DNA from: Octopus sinensis
Lineage: Eukaryota
NCBI RefSeq assembly: GCF_006345805.1
Contig: NC_043007.1
Span: 2,604,001-2,668,000 of the forward strand
Direction of reading: 5' to 3'
Length of the DNA stretch: 64,000 bases
The notes under the pieces are model-generated. The model worked only from the letters and a program-made list of their open reading frames with translations, was not told the origin of the DNA and ran no database searches. Shown here in pieces: positions 40,886 to 54,539 of this stretch; position 1 is the stretch's first letter, and each line of letters begins with the position of its first letter. The position numbers and the translations under genes are program-made.

Positions 40886-42403
40886 TATAAAATACATTGC
40901 TGTTTAAAACATGGACGCCATCTAATGGTGGAATCTCTTTACAGTTTAATACAGTTTGACTGCAGCGTAGCAACAGAAACGCGTCATTTCACCACCGACT
41001 AGGTCAAACGCTATTCACCCACTTAGATGTTTAGATTACGTGTTTCACACTTTTATTATCATATTCCTGTTGAAATATAACGCCATTGTTTCAAATAATT
41101 TTGAAAATACTGAAGAAATTATTAAAATAACTTGGTCATTATCAAGCTAGTATTTAGAACATAAATCAACACAAAATAGTGATGGAAGGTTTTAGTTTAT
41201 AACACCTTAAAAGAAGTTTCTATTATAAAATCGTTGTAGGCAGCGAAATCCTCTTCATGCTCGCCTTCAATAGAGAAAAAAATACGCAGTTTTAAATAAA
41301 ATGTTCTTAGCTGTATGACTTTGATCGCAGATAAGCCGGGATAGGTTTCACCAGGATCGAGCGGTAACATTAACGACAGCGTGAACACGAAAGTCAGTTT
41401 GATTCATCTATTCTGAATTCCAAAGATAACTAGTATTCTATATATTGTATTAGATTAAAGAGAAGCAGTTCTGATTAATTTGATATTATAAAGAAAATGC
41501 GTTATACGAGTGTAACCGAAAGATCAGCGTCATATCTATGTTCTGTTTGTAAAGCAACATCACTGGATTCATTTTTCGTTTACCTAACAATGCATCGCTT
41601 TGAGTGCGATTGTCATATGTGCATTAAATGTAAACAAATAAAATATTATATATTATTCAATAAATATTTTTATATCCTATTTAGATAATGAAAAACATAA
41701 AATATTGTTCATATGAAGAATTTATTGATAATCTATAACGTATTGTAGTATTAAAGAAATAATATATAAAAGTTACAAAAAAAAAGCAAACGATATTTTT
41801 CACGTGGAACATTTAATCGTTTTGAAAATCTATCCATAAAACTGACACTTTTATTAGAAAATATACTCATATTTGGTTAACAAGTTTTGTATATAAAGTA
41901 GTTTATGGGTGATAATTATATAAGTTTTATTAATTATAGTCTTTTAATGCCAGAACACTTTAAGCGTGTTATCATTAAACTTTTTCTCTCTTTAAAAGTT
42001 TCTTACACATGCAATAAAAATAATATTTATACAATATTCACTTTCCTGGATTATTTCTTTTTCTTGTTGAATCTTTGCATTTAACATTTCAGAGTGTATA
42101 TAACAATGTGATTTATTTGTTTAAATCCATGCGAACCTTTCATTCGATAAGAATTATACATCGTGATTTTCATACAAATATGATAATTTATTGGTGTAAT
42201 GGATCAGGAAGAAATCGATCCACCTAAACGAGAATCGCATCAAGGAATTATTGCGATCTTGGATATCATAAATGAATATGTATGCAAACTAAATTCTTTT
42301 CAAATTGCGTAATATTAGCAACCAATTAAAATTGGAAATTTACAAAATATTGGAAAATTCCAATGCTGTTTACTTTTGTATTTAAGTATGTCCTCCACCA
42401 TCG

Positions 42404-42473
<70 letters not shown>

Positions 42474-42516
42474 TAATAATGATAACGATAATGATAATAA
42501 TAATAATAATAATAAT

Positions 42517-42584
<68 letters not shown>
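42404..42584 (+). repeat. Long (AAT)n microsatellite (~60 units)
   Basis: Direct reading. Confidence 0.95.
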
Positions 42585-42586
<2 letters not shown>

Positions 42587-42860
42587 CTTACCTTACATTC
42601 CCAGGGCTGAGGGAGGTCGAGGTTTGATCCAGCTTGAACTTACGTACAACATTACCACAATCGGACTGGCCAAATAACTTGAAACAACCAACAATTGGAT
42701 GTTAAAACTTGTTGAAAAACATGAAAGACTGAAAAAAAATTCACTCTATTCTGAAAGAGAGCAAAAAATTCAATACTGATCTCTCAGATACCTACCAGAT
42801 TGATCAGGTTGAAGGAAATGCGCCAACTGCTGCTGCAAAGAAAATATAATTAACTGCAAC
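42585..42860 (+). mobile_element. R4/Dong-like fragment
   Basis: LYIPRAEGGRGLIQLELTYNITTIGL is homologous to LYLPRKEGGRGPLQLALTMKIATIGL at ~25020. Confidence 0.75.
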
Positions 42861-44105
42861 TAATCCTTTCTACCTACAGTAGAAAGGATTATTATTATTA
42901 TTTTTGTTGCATTACTTTAATACAAATTTCGAGTCTTGTGGGTAAGCTTTATTATTATACATTCCTTCCCTCTTTCTTTCCTTTTATCCCTTAATATGGA
43001 CGTTGCGTGGGTCACACAATGATGACGTAAAATTGTCGCCACTTCTCAGTTTTCTATTGATCTCCATGAGTCGGCGAAATGGATTTTAACTTATGCGACT
43101 ACGGGTCCCGTATGGATTCTGGTGTTGTTGTCATCATGAATATATAATGAAAAATTAAGCGTGACAGTGCCCATTCCATTCTGCACTGTTTATCATAACC
43201 GTATGCGCCTACCTGAGGCACATCTTAGCCATAAACACAAGCCCAGTGATCTGGGCAGGTCCCTCTACCTTAGCTGGTGACTCCTTGTTGGGAAGCCTTG
43301 CCCCGACTCTTTCGTCTAACAGTTAACAACTTTCCTTCCTTCACTCGGTTTTGCTCACAACAGAAGTGGAGTACCAGGGACATGAAACACGTAAGAGATT
43401 AGATGTTGAATGAGGACGAATGTTGCTTGGCCACCTGACAATTTGTGACAAGGTGCAGGTGCCAGACACCAAACATACTACCCTATACAGAGTACCCCGC
43501 AGCTCTACTATTATCAATATTATTATTATTACTAGCGGGTCCCATGAATATTTCACAAAATTAATGGGTTATTTCTGGAAACTTTGTCCACAAAACCTGA
43601 GAGTGTTCCACAATGAACCTCAGAATATGTACCCCACACTGTACGAATATACCAAGATCCAGCAATTTATTCTTCAACTTCCGCTTCATAACTTCCATTC
43701 AAACACACAGTCGTTTCATAAAACTTATGGTAACATTTATAGAACAACGAAGTTTGAGAGAACAACAAATTTCTTATATACAATATGTTTAATTTTTTTA
43801 AAAAATGTGCTCAAGTTATTCTGGAGAGGTGATACAGAAGCGAGAAACAGAATTTCAGTGATTAATGATACAATAACGAGATAATAGACACATGAAGTTC
43901 GATGAATGTAATCGGGTAACGACGTCTGAGATTGTATTAAGGATAGTGAGTGAGATAATGATTACGCCTGAAAGAAAATGACGATATTTTACGAAGTTAT
44001 ATTATAAAAAATTTGGAGCGTATTAATGTGATATTTTAATGGATTATCTTTTAGAATGACAAAATATTGATACTCAAACTGAAGAAAAATATTTTTTTTT
44101 AATTG

Positions 44106-44140
<35 letters not shown>

Positions 44141-44701
44141 CTATAGGAAAGAGAGTAATACTCCAGTGAAATAAACGTTTCTCGTAGTCGATGAAAGTCC
44201 AAAGACTACCTGTTTAAATATTCCACTTTGAAGATAGTGGCTGGCTAAAGTCTTTGAGTAACTATGAAAGATACTCCAGAGTAAAAGCAATGTTTTGTTC
44301 GTGATTGTATAGATAATGAGAAGAGAAGAAGAATGGTTCCCGCAGGAGAAGTGTTTGCCATTGTATAATAAGGAATTATATTCTACAGAAGAAATTAAGC
44401 GATGGTTATCAATTCCCGCTGAAGTTACTGATACAGTCCATGAATTTCGAAAGCCATTACACACAGAAATTCACACACTCATCCACATTGATGCACACAC
44501 TCCACACAAGCATTATATATACATACAAACATATATTTATGTGTGTGTGTGTGTGTGCGTGTCTGTATATAAGTATTTATACGTTTACGTATACAAAATG
44601 CACGCACACACATGCACACAGATACAAGCACACGCACAAATACAAACAATCATACATACAAACGAACATACACACACACAGATATGTATATATAAATATA
44701 T

Positions 44702-44740
<39 letters not shown>

Positions 44741-44746
44741 TTTATA

Positions 44747-44796
<50 letters not shown>

Positions 44797-44886
44797 CATA
44801 CTTACATACAAATCTGCGAGCATGCACATGCCAATGTTCATTTGTGTATGATTGTCTACATACATACATACATATATACATAAATT

Positions 44887-45016
<130 letters not shown>

Positions 45017-46044
45017 GTACATACGTATGCCCTCGTTATGTTCTTAACATTCATTTGTTTGTGTGTTGTAGGAAACTGTGTGAGGTTAAATGCGTGAGAG
45101 TATGTTCAACTGCATTGGACATGTGGCATTCACATGTTTTCCTGTGTTAGCACGTACGGGCATCGCTATGTAAGCTTGTAGCATCTTGAAAGTCACACAT
45201 ACATATCGTTTATATTTGCATATAGTCTGTATGTGTTTTAGATATCCATATTATCTCCACGAAAGTAAATAGCAGAATATTGAAGAGGCGGATCGTGATC
45301 CGAAATAAAAAGAGAATTCAAACTTTTATATAGAAGATGAAAGATAGTATAGAATTCCAGTGATTTTTCCAAGCTTCATTGTGAATGTCTTTCAAACCAA
45401 TTCTATTTACATGCAGCTGTTAATGTGTTGCGTGTTTTCCTTTCATAATTTAATTGATCAGGGGCTGCCTACCGGTATTGTTACCTTTTCAGCCATTTCT
45501 GTTCATTCTTAATTGAATTAAACTCTTTATTGGCCGGCGACGTTGGGTCTTTAGTGGAGAAATCAATGTGAAAAATTCTTTATCTCTGTCGTATCAAATA
45601 TTCCCAGAGAACCTCTTCGAGGAAGTGTCGTGATAACATTTTGCACCATTCTACTTCTCTGTTAGTGCTGTAGTTTTGTTTCAATCTGATTAAGCTTAAA
45701 GTTGTTGCACACTTTGATTGACACGCAGTTACATGATAACATTAAGATAACAATCTGCAGAATATTATCATCAGTTTGCTCTGTCGCACACTAAATATTA
45801 CATCACACATCAGGAAATAGTAGAATTATTTGTTAAGAGTTAATCAGTTTCTAACATTAGAGTTTTGCAAGACCTCTATTCAAATCTGGTTTCTTAAACG
45901 CTAAACAGTTGATAGTTCTTGCTATTGTTCCTTAAGCGTTGATCAGTTCTGATCGATCAATTCCATAACCAAGGGTTGTTTTGCTACGAACCTCTCACTC
46001 TTTTCTTTCCGGGACTGCATTTCCGAGTCTATACTTTTCTTAAG

Positions 46045-46239
46045 GCGAAATGCGTAGCAGTATTTCGTCTACCGTTACGTTCTGAGTTCAAATTCCGCCG
46101 AGGTCGACTTTGCCTTTCATCCTTTCGGGGTCGATAAATTAAGTACCAGTTCACTGAGGTCGATGTAATCGACTTAATCCGTTTGTCTGTCCTTGCTTGC
46201 CCCCTCTGTGTTTAGCCCCTTGTGGGTAGTAAAGAAATA
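46045..46239 (+). mobile_element. 5'-truncated SINE family 2 with 15-bp TSD
   Basis: TATACTTTTCTTAAG at 46030-46044 and 46240-46254. Confidence 0.92.
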
Positions 46240-46767
46240 TATACTTTTCTTAAGACGCTAAAATTTGATATAAAGGATATTTAACTATTATTTTTAATAG
46301 ATGGAGTTAAGAGAAAACAACTCTCACGCTGGTTTATTCATTAGTTGGATATTCAGATAAAGAAGTCAGGAATATTGAATAAGATGCTGTCATTTAAAAC
46401 AAAACACAATAATCACAACATGGTTTCTCCAATATAATTATTATTTCCAACGTGATCTCAGCTGCAGTGCCGGAGGAATTTGCCATTGTCAAATTCTGTA
46501 TTATTAATTAAGAAGTGCTTAGGGTAGTGAATCGGTGATAACGTTAGAGCGACGCGACCAAAACGTTGTCTAAAATCCTCTATTTCAGCGCTTTGCGTTC
46601 TGAGTTCAAATCCCACAAAGTCAACTGAGTTTTTCATCCTTGGGCGCCGACAAAATAATGTACAAGTCATTTCATGGATTGAATGATATCGTAACTCCCT
46701 CCCCTCAAAATCACTGGCGTTGTGTCACAATTAAAAACAAATTAATCAAAGTGTATATCAATGGCAT

Positions 46768-46972
46768 TTACTGTTTACTCTTTTACTTGTTTCAATCATT
46801 TGACTGCGGCCATGCTGGAGCACCGCCTTTAGTCGAGCAAATCGACCCCGGGATTTATTCTTTGTAAGCCCAGTACTTATTCTAGCGGTCTCTTTTGCCG
46901 AACCGCTAAGTGTCGGGGACATAAACACACCAGCATTGGTTGTCAAGCAATGCTAGGGGGACAAACACACAA

Positions 46973-47035
<63 letters not shown>

Positions 47036-47122
47036 CGACAGGCTTCTTTCAGTTTCCGTCTACCAAATCCACTCACAAGGCATTGGTCGGTCCGAGGCTA
47101 TAGCAGAAGACACTTGCCCAAG
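46768..47122 (-). mobile_element. SINE family 1, head truncated
   Basis: Homologous to the other family 1 copies. Confidence 0.9.
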
Positions 47123-47453
47123 ATGAAGATAAGGACTTAGTCTGGTATATGTAATGTGTGATGTACCGCTGAAAATATTTCTATTTGTAACTGTTTGTTA
47201 GAACTAGAAATGAGCGTAAATGAACGACCTACCCTTCCTGTCTTTTATGGGAATTAATTTGCAATTTTAGACTTATATGAGTAATAGTTATTATTGATAG
47301 GTTAATCTCCGTAGATTCCCCAACCCTGTAATCGATTGAATCGAAAGCAACAAAAGCATGACACTTAACTAAATTGCACAGGGAAACAAGTTAAACGTCA
47401 ATCACGACATTTTAATTTAGAATTTAGACGGAGTCAAATTATATGCTTGCGTG

Positions 47454-47497
<44 letters not shown>

Positions 47498-47516
47498 ATA
47501 TACATGTGCGCATGTG

Positions 47517-48940
47517 TGTTGTGGAGAGCGTTACGACACTCCCTGCGAGAATAGACTTGACCAAAGTACTATAAATGGTATCGAACTGAGCGAGAGACCG
47601 GACAGGACAGGCGTTAATCGCAAGAAGTCGTATGGCGTCGTTTGGATAATTTGTCGGAATATGGTTTAGTGGTTTCGTGTATAGGACGTGGACAGTTTGT
47701 TGGATTGTTACGTTGTTGTTACCCAGCTTCGTTATATGTTCTTTTGTTAAAACATGGTTATAGAGTAAAAAAAAGTATCGTCAAAACAATATTGGCGATA
47801 CAACAATATTGGCGACGAGGGTTCGAAGCTCACGCAGATCAGTTAACATATTTTCGTGATACAAAGTTGTTAATGCTTGAAGACCTATTAGCTTCTATTA
47901 TGCAGTTGCAAAAACAGCATCAAGAACAGCAACATGAGTTGCAGAAACAATTACTTCAGCAACAAGAAAATAATGGAGATATGTCTTAAGAAGTCTGGAA
48001 ACACTATAAGTTCAGTTTCACAGGCATCGTATCGAACTCTATAACAGAATTCACTTAGGACCCAGAGGAGGGTATAACGTTTGCAGCGGACTTAAGAAGG
48101 TACGAAGAAATCTTTAGGCAAGATTGCAAGTCGTGAACGAAAAAGTAAGACTATTATTACGTCGCTGCAAATGAAAAATATTGTAATTTCATACTACGTC
48201 AAAAAACTAGATAAGTTTATTTCCAGGAAACAGTCGAGTTACTGTCAAAAATATTCAGTGATAAGAGTTCCGTATTTAATACTCGATGCGAGTGTTGGAA
48301 TCCTCTTTAAAAAACAAAAGAGGATGAAGACTTAGTAACATATGCCGGGGCCGTCTACTGAATGTGCGAAAGGTTTAAACTGAAAGGATCTAACTCCTGA
48401 TATATTTAAGTGCCTTATTTTTGTACAAGGGCTTTCGGCAAACAAAGATGTGGAGATACGTTCAAGAGTTCTCTCAAAACTTGAACAAACGGACCAAAAT
48501 TTAACCCTGCAGACAGTTGCAGAGGAATGTCAAAGGGCGTAAAGAAAATTGAAGCGGATTTCTCATATGTAGAAGCATATCGACCGCGAGGTTATAAACA
48601 AAGAATGAGTTAAGACCGAACCCATGCTACAGATGTGGAACCCTAAATTTCAGGAGGGATTGTCCTTTCAAAACACAAAAATGTTACAGCTGCCAAAAAG
48701 TAGAACATAAGAGTTCACATTGCAGAGCAAAGTTAGGAAGGTCGACCATAAAAATATTCTAAAGTTTTCTCATCGGAATGTAGAAGCAACACTAAAAGGA
48801 AGAAATTTGTACATATAAAAATAAACGAAGTGAATATCAATTTAGAGCTAGATACTGGTAGCATAATCTCGATTATTAATACCGACACGTGGAAAGCGAT
48901 TGGGAAACCTACGTAAAGAAAAACGTGAAATATTGCAGGT
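47517..48940 (+). mobile_element. Gypsy (Mag-like) LTR retrotransposon remnant: 5' LTR, PBS, decayed gag-protease
   Basis: LTR TGTTGT...ACAACA 47517-47805; PBS TGGCGACGAG 47810-47819; Q-rich gag start, DPEEGITF, two knuckles CYRCG..DC and CYSCQKVEHKSSHC, protease LELDTGS at ~48842-48862; many stop codons. Confidence 0.85.
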
Positions 48941-48973
48941 GTATCTGTTCTTTACGGGTGGGACATTGTACAG

Positions 48974-49208
48974 CTAGTTGTGTTGTATCAACCAAAGCAG
49001 GCAGTATCTCGCCGGGCGTCTCATTTAAATAAGATACCTTGCTATATATACTGAGTTTTGTTTAGTATGCTGTTGTCGCCTGTAGTATCTTTGCTACAAC
49101 GGACAGACACAATATACCGAGCGAAATTGAAAATATGTTGTGAGGTATCTTATTTAAAGGAGACACGCGACGAGACACAGCCTGCATTGATGGATACAAC
49201 ACAACTAG
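48974..49208. mobile_element. MITE-like element with ~65-bp imperfect TIRs
   Basis: CTAGTTGTGTTGTATC...TTTAAATAAGATACCT is mirrored by AGGTATCTTATTTAAA...GATACAACACAACTAG. Confidence 0.75.
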
Positions 49209-49234
49209 TTGTTTCAGGTTGGTGGCGAAAGAAA

Positions 49235-49403
49235 TCGGTCTATTACATCGACATGAGCACTCAGTTGGTACTTATTTTATCGACCTCGAAAGGATGAAAG
49301 GCAAAGTCGATCTCGGTAGAACTTGAACTCAGAACCTAAAGATGGAAGAAATACCGCTAAGCATTTTTCCCAGCGTGCTTATAATTCAGCCAACTCACCA
49401 CCT
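49235..49403 (-). mobile_element. SINE family 2-related copy
   Basis: GAAAGGATGAAAGGCAAAGTCGATCTCGG...TTGAACTCAGAAC. Confidence 0.75.
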
Positions 49404-50737
49404 TATCTCTATGGGTAATAAAAAACGTGTTTGAATTATATTATTTTTGTTGCCCACATCAGTTTCCCTTTTTCTTTTCTTTTGCTTCTTTAGTTCGTAA
49501 TGTCCGTGGTTGTGCATCCCTCAGGAGATCAATTTAGATCGAAACACCGTATGTACCGATCTGCTGCCATTCTCTACGATCCTTGAGATTGTATGTGTTT
49601 TCTATCATACAAATATCTTAGCGAATGCTCTGAGGCAAAATATTTCTTTGGCGACTTTCAACGTTTTTATATACGTTTAGATATTGTTTATCAGCTGTTC
49701 ACCTACATTTTTCATCCGCTGTAAGCAATGAGGAACCTGAAGTTAAATTCAGCTTAATGTAATATTCGGATTGGGTATTAAACCTGTTACTACAGCTATT
49801 AAAAATCTATTAATGCTCACATATCATCTCGGGGAAAATCTCTGAGGAGAAATGAAAACAGCAACGAAAGCAGCTTAAATTTTCAGAGGTGGGGAGATAA
49901 AGGTGAATCAGAGGGGGATGATAAGATACATAAATACGGGTATTAGAAGAGGAAGTGAACATGACATGAACGTAGTGTTTATGAGACTTACATAAACACT
50001 TCATGATTATAATCCGTAATTTAACACTAAATGATATTCTGGATTATTTTATTTGTCTTAACTTATTGAGGTTTTGCACGTTTTCGATAGCGACCATTTT
50101 TTAAAACAAATTCCTCATCGTTTTGTTTTTGTACAAGCACTGGTTCCTCGCCCTTCCTCGTATGTATTTCATCAGCATGTAATTTAAATTCTGAAAACAA
50201 ATTTTACGTCCTACGTACTTCACATCTGCCACCACGACAAACACCACTACCACCTACACTACATTTACTACTACTACTACCACCACCACCACTACTACTA
50301 CTACTACTACTGCTGCTGCTGCAGTTGTTGTTGTTGTTATGCAACAAGACGGGTAAGGGTGATTAGGTGATGGTCTAGGGCTTAGGGGTGGGAGACCCCA
50401 GACCTTGGAAAAAAAAACTTTGGTCGTCTTGTTGTAGTCGAAAGCTCTTCGTTGACGCCCGACATCACTGGGAGGTGGCCCTCGAAGTCGCTGGAAATGG
50501 ACATCTCCAGGTCCAAACTCTGGAACGGCTGCTGCTGCTACTACTACTACTACTACTACTACTACAGATGTCAATGACGCTGCCTTTAATATACTCTCAT
50601 TATCGGTGTTGTTTGTTTGTAGATATATATATAAATACATCTCAGGAGCCTCCTAAGATTTCTATATTGCTACGTACGTGTATTACATATTGTCTACGTG
50701 CATTTCATAAGTATCATTCTGAAATATTGTATAGAGG

Positions 50738-51572
50738 TGGAGGACTGGCTGTGTGGTAAGTAGCCTACTTACTAACCACTCGGTTCCCGGTTCAGTTTTA
50801 CTGCGCTGCACCTTCGGCAAGTGTCATCTACTATAGCTGCGGGCCGACGAAGGCCTTGTAAGTGGACTTGGTAGACGGAAACTGAAGGAAGTATATACAC
50901 GTGCGTCAGAAATTAATTAGCACTTCTCAAATTTCTATATTGAATAGGTTAAATCAATTAACCTATGAGCTGTTCAATACGTCTTACGCGATGAGAAAAC
51001 TTAGTATGGTGTGTTTCGGTCCTTGCGAGGCGCTACCTACATCTATTAAACAAAGGAAGATTTGTCTGCATCCGCACTCCAAGTTGTTGTTGCACTGCTA
51101 TGTCAACATCATAAGGCTGTAGACTCTCAAACTGCTCTGCAAACAAAGTTACGTCATCGTTCTGCGCAACAGTGAACTCGCAGCAAAGCAATAGTTCGAG
51201 ATATGGCCACTAGGTGACAGCACATACCTTGAGTGAAGAGCAAATCAAGGGTGCTAATTAATTTCTGACGGTAGTGTATATATAAATAAATGAAACCATA
51301 CTAGGATAATTCATTCAACTACTTAAATATATATATATATATATTATGCGTGTGTGTGTGTGTGTGTGTGTGTATTTTTGTGTGTCTGTGTTTGTTCCCC
51401 CAGGATTGCTTGACAACCGATGCTGGTGTGTTTACCTCCCCGGCAAAAGAGACCGATAGAATAAGTACTAGGCTTAGAAAAAATTAGTTCTAGGGTCGAT
51501 TTTCTCGACTAAAAAGCGGGGCTCCAGCATGGCCGCAGTCAAATGACTGAAACAAGTAAAAAGAATAAAAAG
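50738..51572 (+). mobile_element. SINE family 1 split by a DNA transposon insertion
   Basis: Head at 50738-50891 and tail at ~51345-51572. Confidence 0.85.
50898..51276. mobile_element. Non-autonomous Tc1/mariner-type element, 26-bp TIRs, TA target
   Basis: CACGTGCGTCAGAAATTAATTAGCAC ... GTGCTAATTAATTTCTGACGGTAGTG, flanked by TA on each side. Confidence 0.85.
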
Positions 51573-51619
51573 ACTAGTGTGTTGTAATATTTATATTCTC
51601 TCTCTTTCTCTCATCGTAT

Positions 51620-52830
51620 GTTAACTTTGCCAAGAATCTGTGGAGATGGACAAATTTGAAAAATACAGACTTGAATGCTTTGCCGACTGACTTTCTGTCC
51701 CAAAGTAGGCGAAATACTGAAATAAACAGCAAATATGTTTTTAGGTCTATCTTCCATAACATCCTGACATCTCACTCATACCTATCACGCCCTTTAAGAT
51801 CACCTACAAGCAAAATTCGGAACCTTAAACTGATGCTTGGTCCATTTTTGGTGTCAGAAACAGCTGATGTACTACATTCTCTTTCTTTGAAACCTAAATA
51901 GCGGCTGAACTAAACAGAGGTTGAAGTATTTTCTTTTGTTTCATTCCCTCTTTTCTTTTTGTCTCACATAACGGCCTGACGTGGCGCCCATGCCTTTCAC
52001 ACTCTCTCTGACTCTAACAGACTTACAGAAGCGGAGATTGTATTTTATTATTTTTGTCCCTCACATCTGTGAATAAATTGTTTGTCGAGTTCTATATTGG
52101 AACAAATGTTGTATTAGCTATGCCATTTAAGAACGGTTTCGGAAACTGTGAATCGATAACATTATCACTGTCGTTATTATAGATATGATCTCTGTATGGG
52201 TTTTGATAACATGAACACTTATCTGCTTCGACAGGGCGCCATAACTTGTAGAAATGGGGGCCATGCAACCTCTAACTTATCTTTCCCATGCCTTTTAATC
52301 AATCTAGCGATCGAGTGCGCTTGGTTAGGTTTTAGTTGCTCCCAATTTGCAAACATTTCGCAATAGCTTTATCTCAATAAAATTCTATTTTCTCTATCCA
52401 TTTCGCAATGTTATCCTTCTCTGTCCCTAATGGCACTACGATTAGGGTCATAATAGTACCCTCTTTATTTTCAATACCCTAATGATTTCATTCTTCAACC
52501 CCTTAGAATTTGTCAACCCTTCTGCTTCTTCATTTTCTATTCGTGTGACGAAGAGACGTGATTGGTCAATAAAGAGACATGTCTTACGAATGTTAACAAC
52601 TACATTGATGTTAGTTTTTTGTTCTACGTACAATAGACAACACTCAAATGTTATGCCAGGTTTGTGTACGAAACACGTTTCCCCATGCTAAAAGACATCC
52701 CCTGCCTGGCAAATTTTCCACTGGATGGTCCTAATAACATAGTCATGTCACAATTTCTTGCACTCTTTCTGTGCAGCCTCGAGCATTCGGACATCAAATG
52801 GACAAGGGAATAAGCATGGAACAAAATTTC
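51620..52830 (-). mobile_element. Highly decayed R4/Dong-like fragments
   Basis: HDYVIRTIQWKIC and KTCLFID..TRIENEEAE...GLKNEIIRV resemble the RLE C-terminus; weaker similarity at 51620-52050. Confidence 0.5.
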
Positions 52831-53530
52831 ACAGGCTGCAAGAGGAGGGACAACCGATCATGCGTGACGGTATTGCAGATGTGTAAACATCGTTACTGGT
52901 TACATAGTTACCGTTCTTCCTTTGCCTAGCAAAGGTAGGAGTGGTGGTGCCGGCATTGATTCTATTACAGTTGTTATATTATTAGAGTTTGAACGAGAGA
53001 AGTGGATTTGCCCCCTTAATTCCATCTGCCTATTTCTTTCCTACATCTCCGTCACTTCTTTGTCCCATGGCGATTTTTGCGATACTGCTTCCCTTAAAAT
53101 CAGTTTAAAGCAATACGTTTCTGGTGTGTTTCAACACTTAGAGAGAACAGTTAAAGAAATGATCAGCCATCCTTCCTGATTGATAATTCTACCACAAAAT
53201 ACACAGCAAAAACATAAGCACTTACGGAAGAGAAAAGAAAAAAAAAAGCTTTTGTTCAGTGATGACAAAAAAAAAAAAAGAATCAAACAAAAGAAACAAA
53301 AGAGAAAGAGAAAAAAATATAAGGCAATTATTTTACTTCCATAGTAAAAATCATTGGCGTGGATTATGTTGCCTTTCTTGCAATCTTGCAACATATATAT
53401 ATATATATATATATAATATATATATATATTTATATACATATATATATAATATATATATATGTGTGTGTGTGTGTGTGTTGTGTGTACCCTAGCAATGTTT
53501 GTTATGTTTTGATTTTTCTTTGTCTTACAG

Positions 53531-53698
53531 GGATGCGTTATTCGACTACGATGTAAATATGTTGTTCTTTCCTTCAACGGTAGTGGAGAAAAAAGAAAAC
53601 GCCTGCTATGAATTACATTCATCTTTATACTCTATGGACATATTTATCTTCGAACAGATTCAGCAACAGCTTGGTAAAAATAAAGAAGCAAACACACA
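53531..53698 (+). other. Candidate internal exon of an unidentified host transcript
   Basis: TTTTTCTTTGTCTTACAG acceptor, GTAAGT donor at 53699, 168 nt, one frame open; no homology recognised. Confidence 0.3.
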
Positions 53699-54031
53699 GT
53701 AAGTTATTTGCTTATTTACTTCCACTTGCTTGTCCTTACGGCACTCAATATTGAACAAAATCAACATCAGAACTCTTATTCTACTGATATTATACGGATT
53801 TATGAACGGATTCCTAAATATTACTTCTTGTATGCATTCATATCCATCCAAAAACGAACATTCACTAGAAATATTCATCTCTCTCGTAGTATATATATGT
53901 GTGTGAATACATATGTACATAGATACACACACAAGTGTGTATGTGTGTGTATACATATATAGAGAGAGCGAGAGAGTGGGATAGATCATTTAATACGGTT
54001 TGAATGTATGCATATGTATATATATATATAT

Positions 54032-54190
54032 AATAATAATATGCTACAATTATTCAATAGTCAAGATAAAACTCTGAGTTTCACATAAATTGAATAATTG
54101 TAACATATTATTTTATAGATAAATTTCCTCTACTTACATATTATTGAGGTTTCTTTCTTTCTTTTGTTATCTTACCGTTTTACCACATCT
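54032..54190. mobile_element. Second fold-back copy of the 26390 family (hammerhead truncated)
   Basis: AATAGTCAAGATAAAACTCTGAGTTTC, then inverted TTGAATAATTGTAACATATTA...TTGTTATCTTACCGTTTTACC. Confidence 0.75.
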
Positions 54191-54411
54191 ATATATATGT
54201 AAATATACATGATATATAAAAATAATATGCATACATATACATGTATAATATATATAGATATATATATATATACCGAGAGAGAGACAGAGAGAGAGTTAAT
54301 ATATGTATATCTGTATACCCATAGGTACCCTATCTATTATTAACTGTATAGATCATGGACGGTTCGAAGTGCAGCATATGTTTATAGAACACAAGTGTGG
54401 TTCTTCATATA

Positions 54412-54455
<44 letters not shown>

Positions 54456-54539
54456 ACATTTATTTATATGCGTGTGGACAAACAAAAGAAAGGCACTCAA
54501 CCAATTTATTGGGAGTTATATGATTGGATCAAAACAGAA

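Noticed and set aside
43200-43530. Possible HDV-like ribozyme in a GC-richer retroelement-like stretch
   Set aside because: I could not build the nested double pseudoknot by eye
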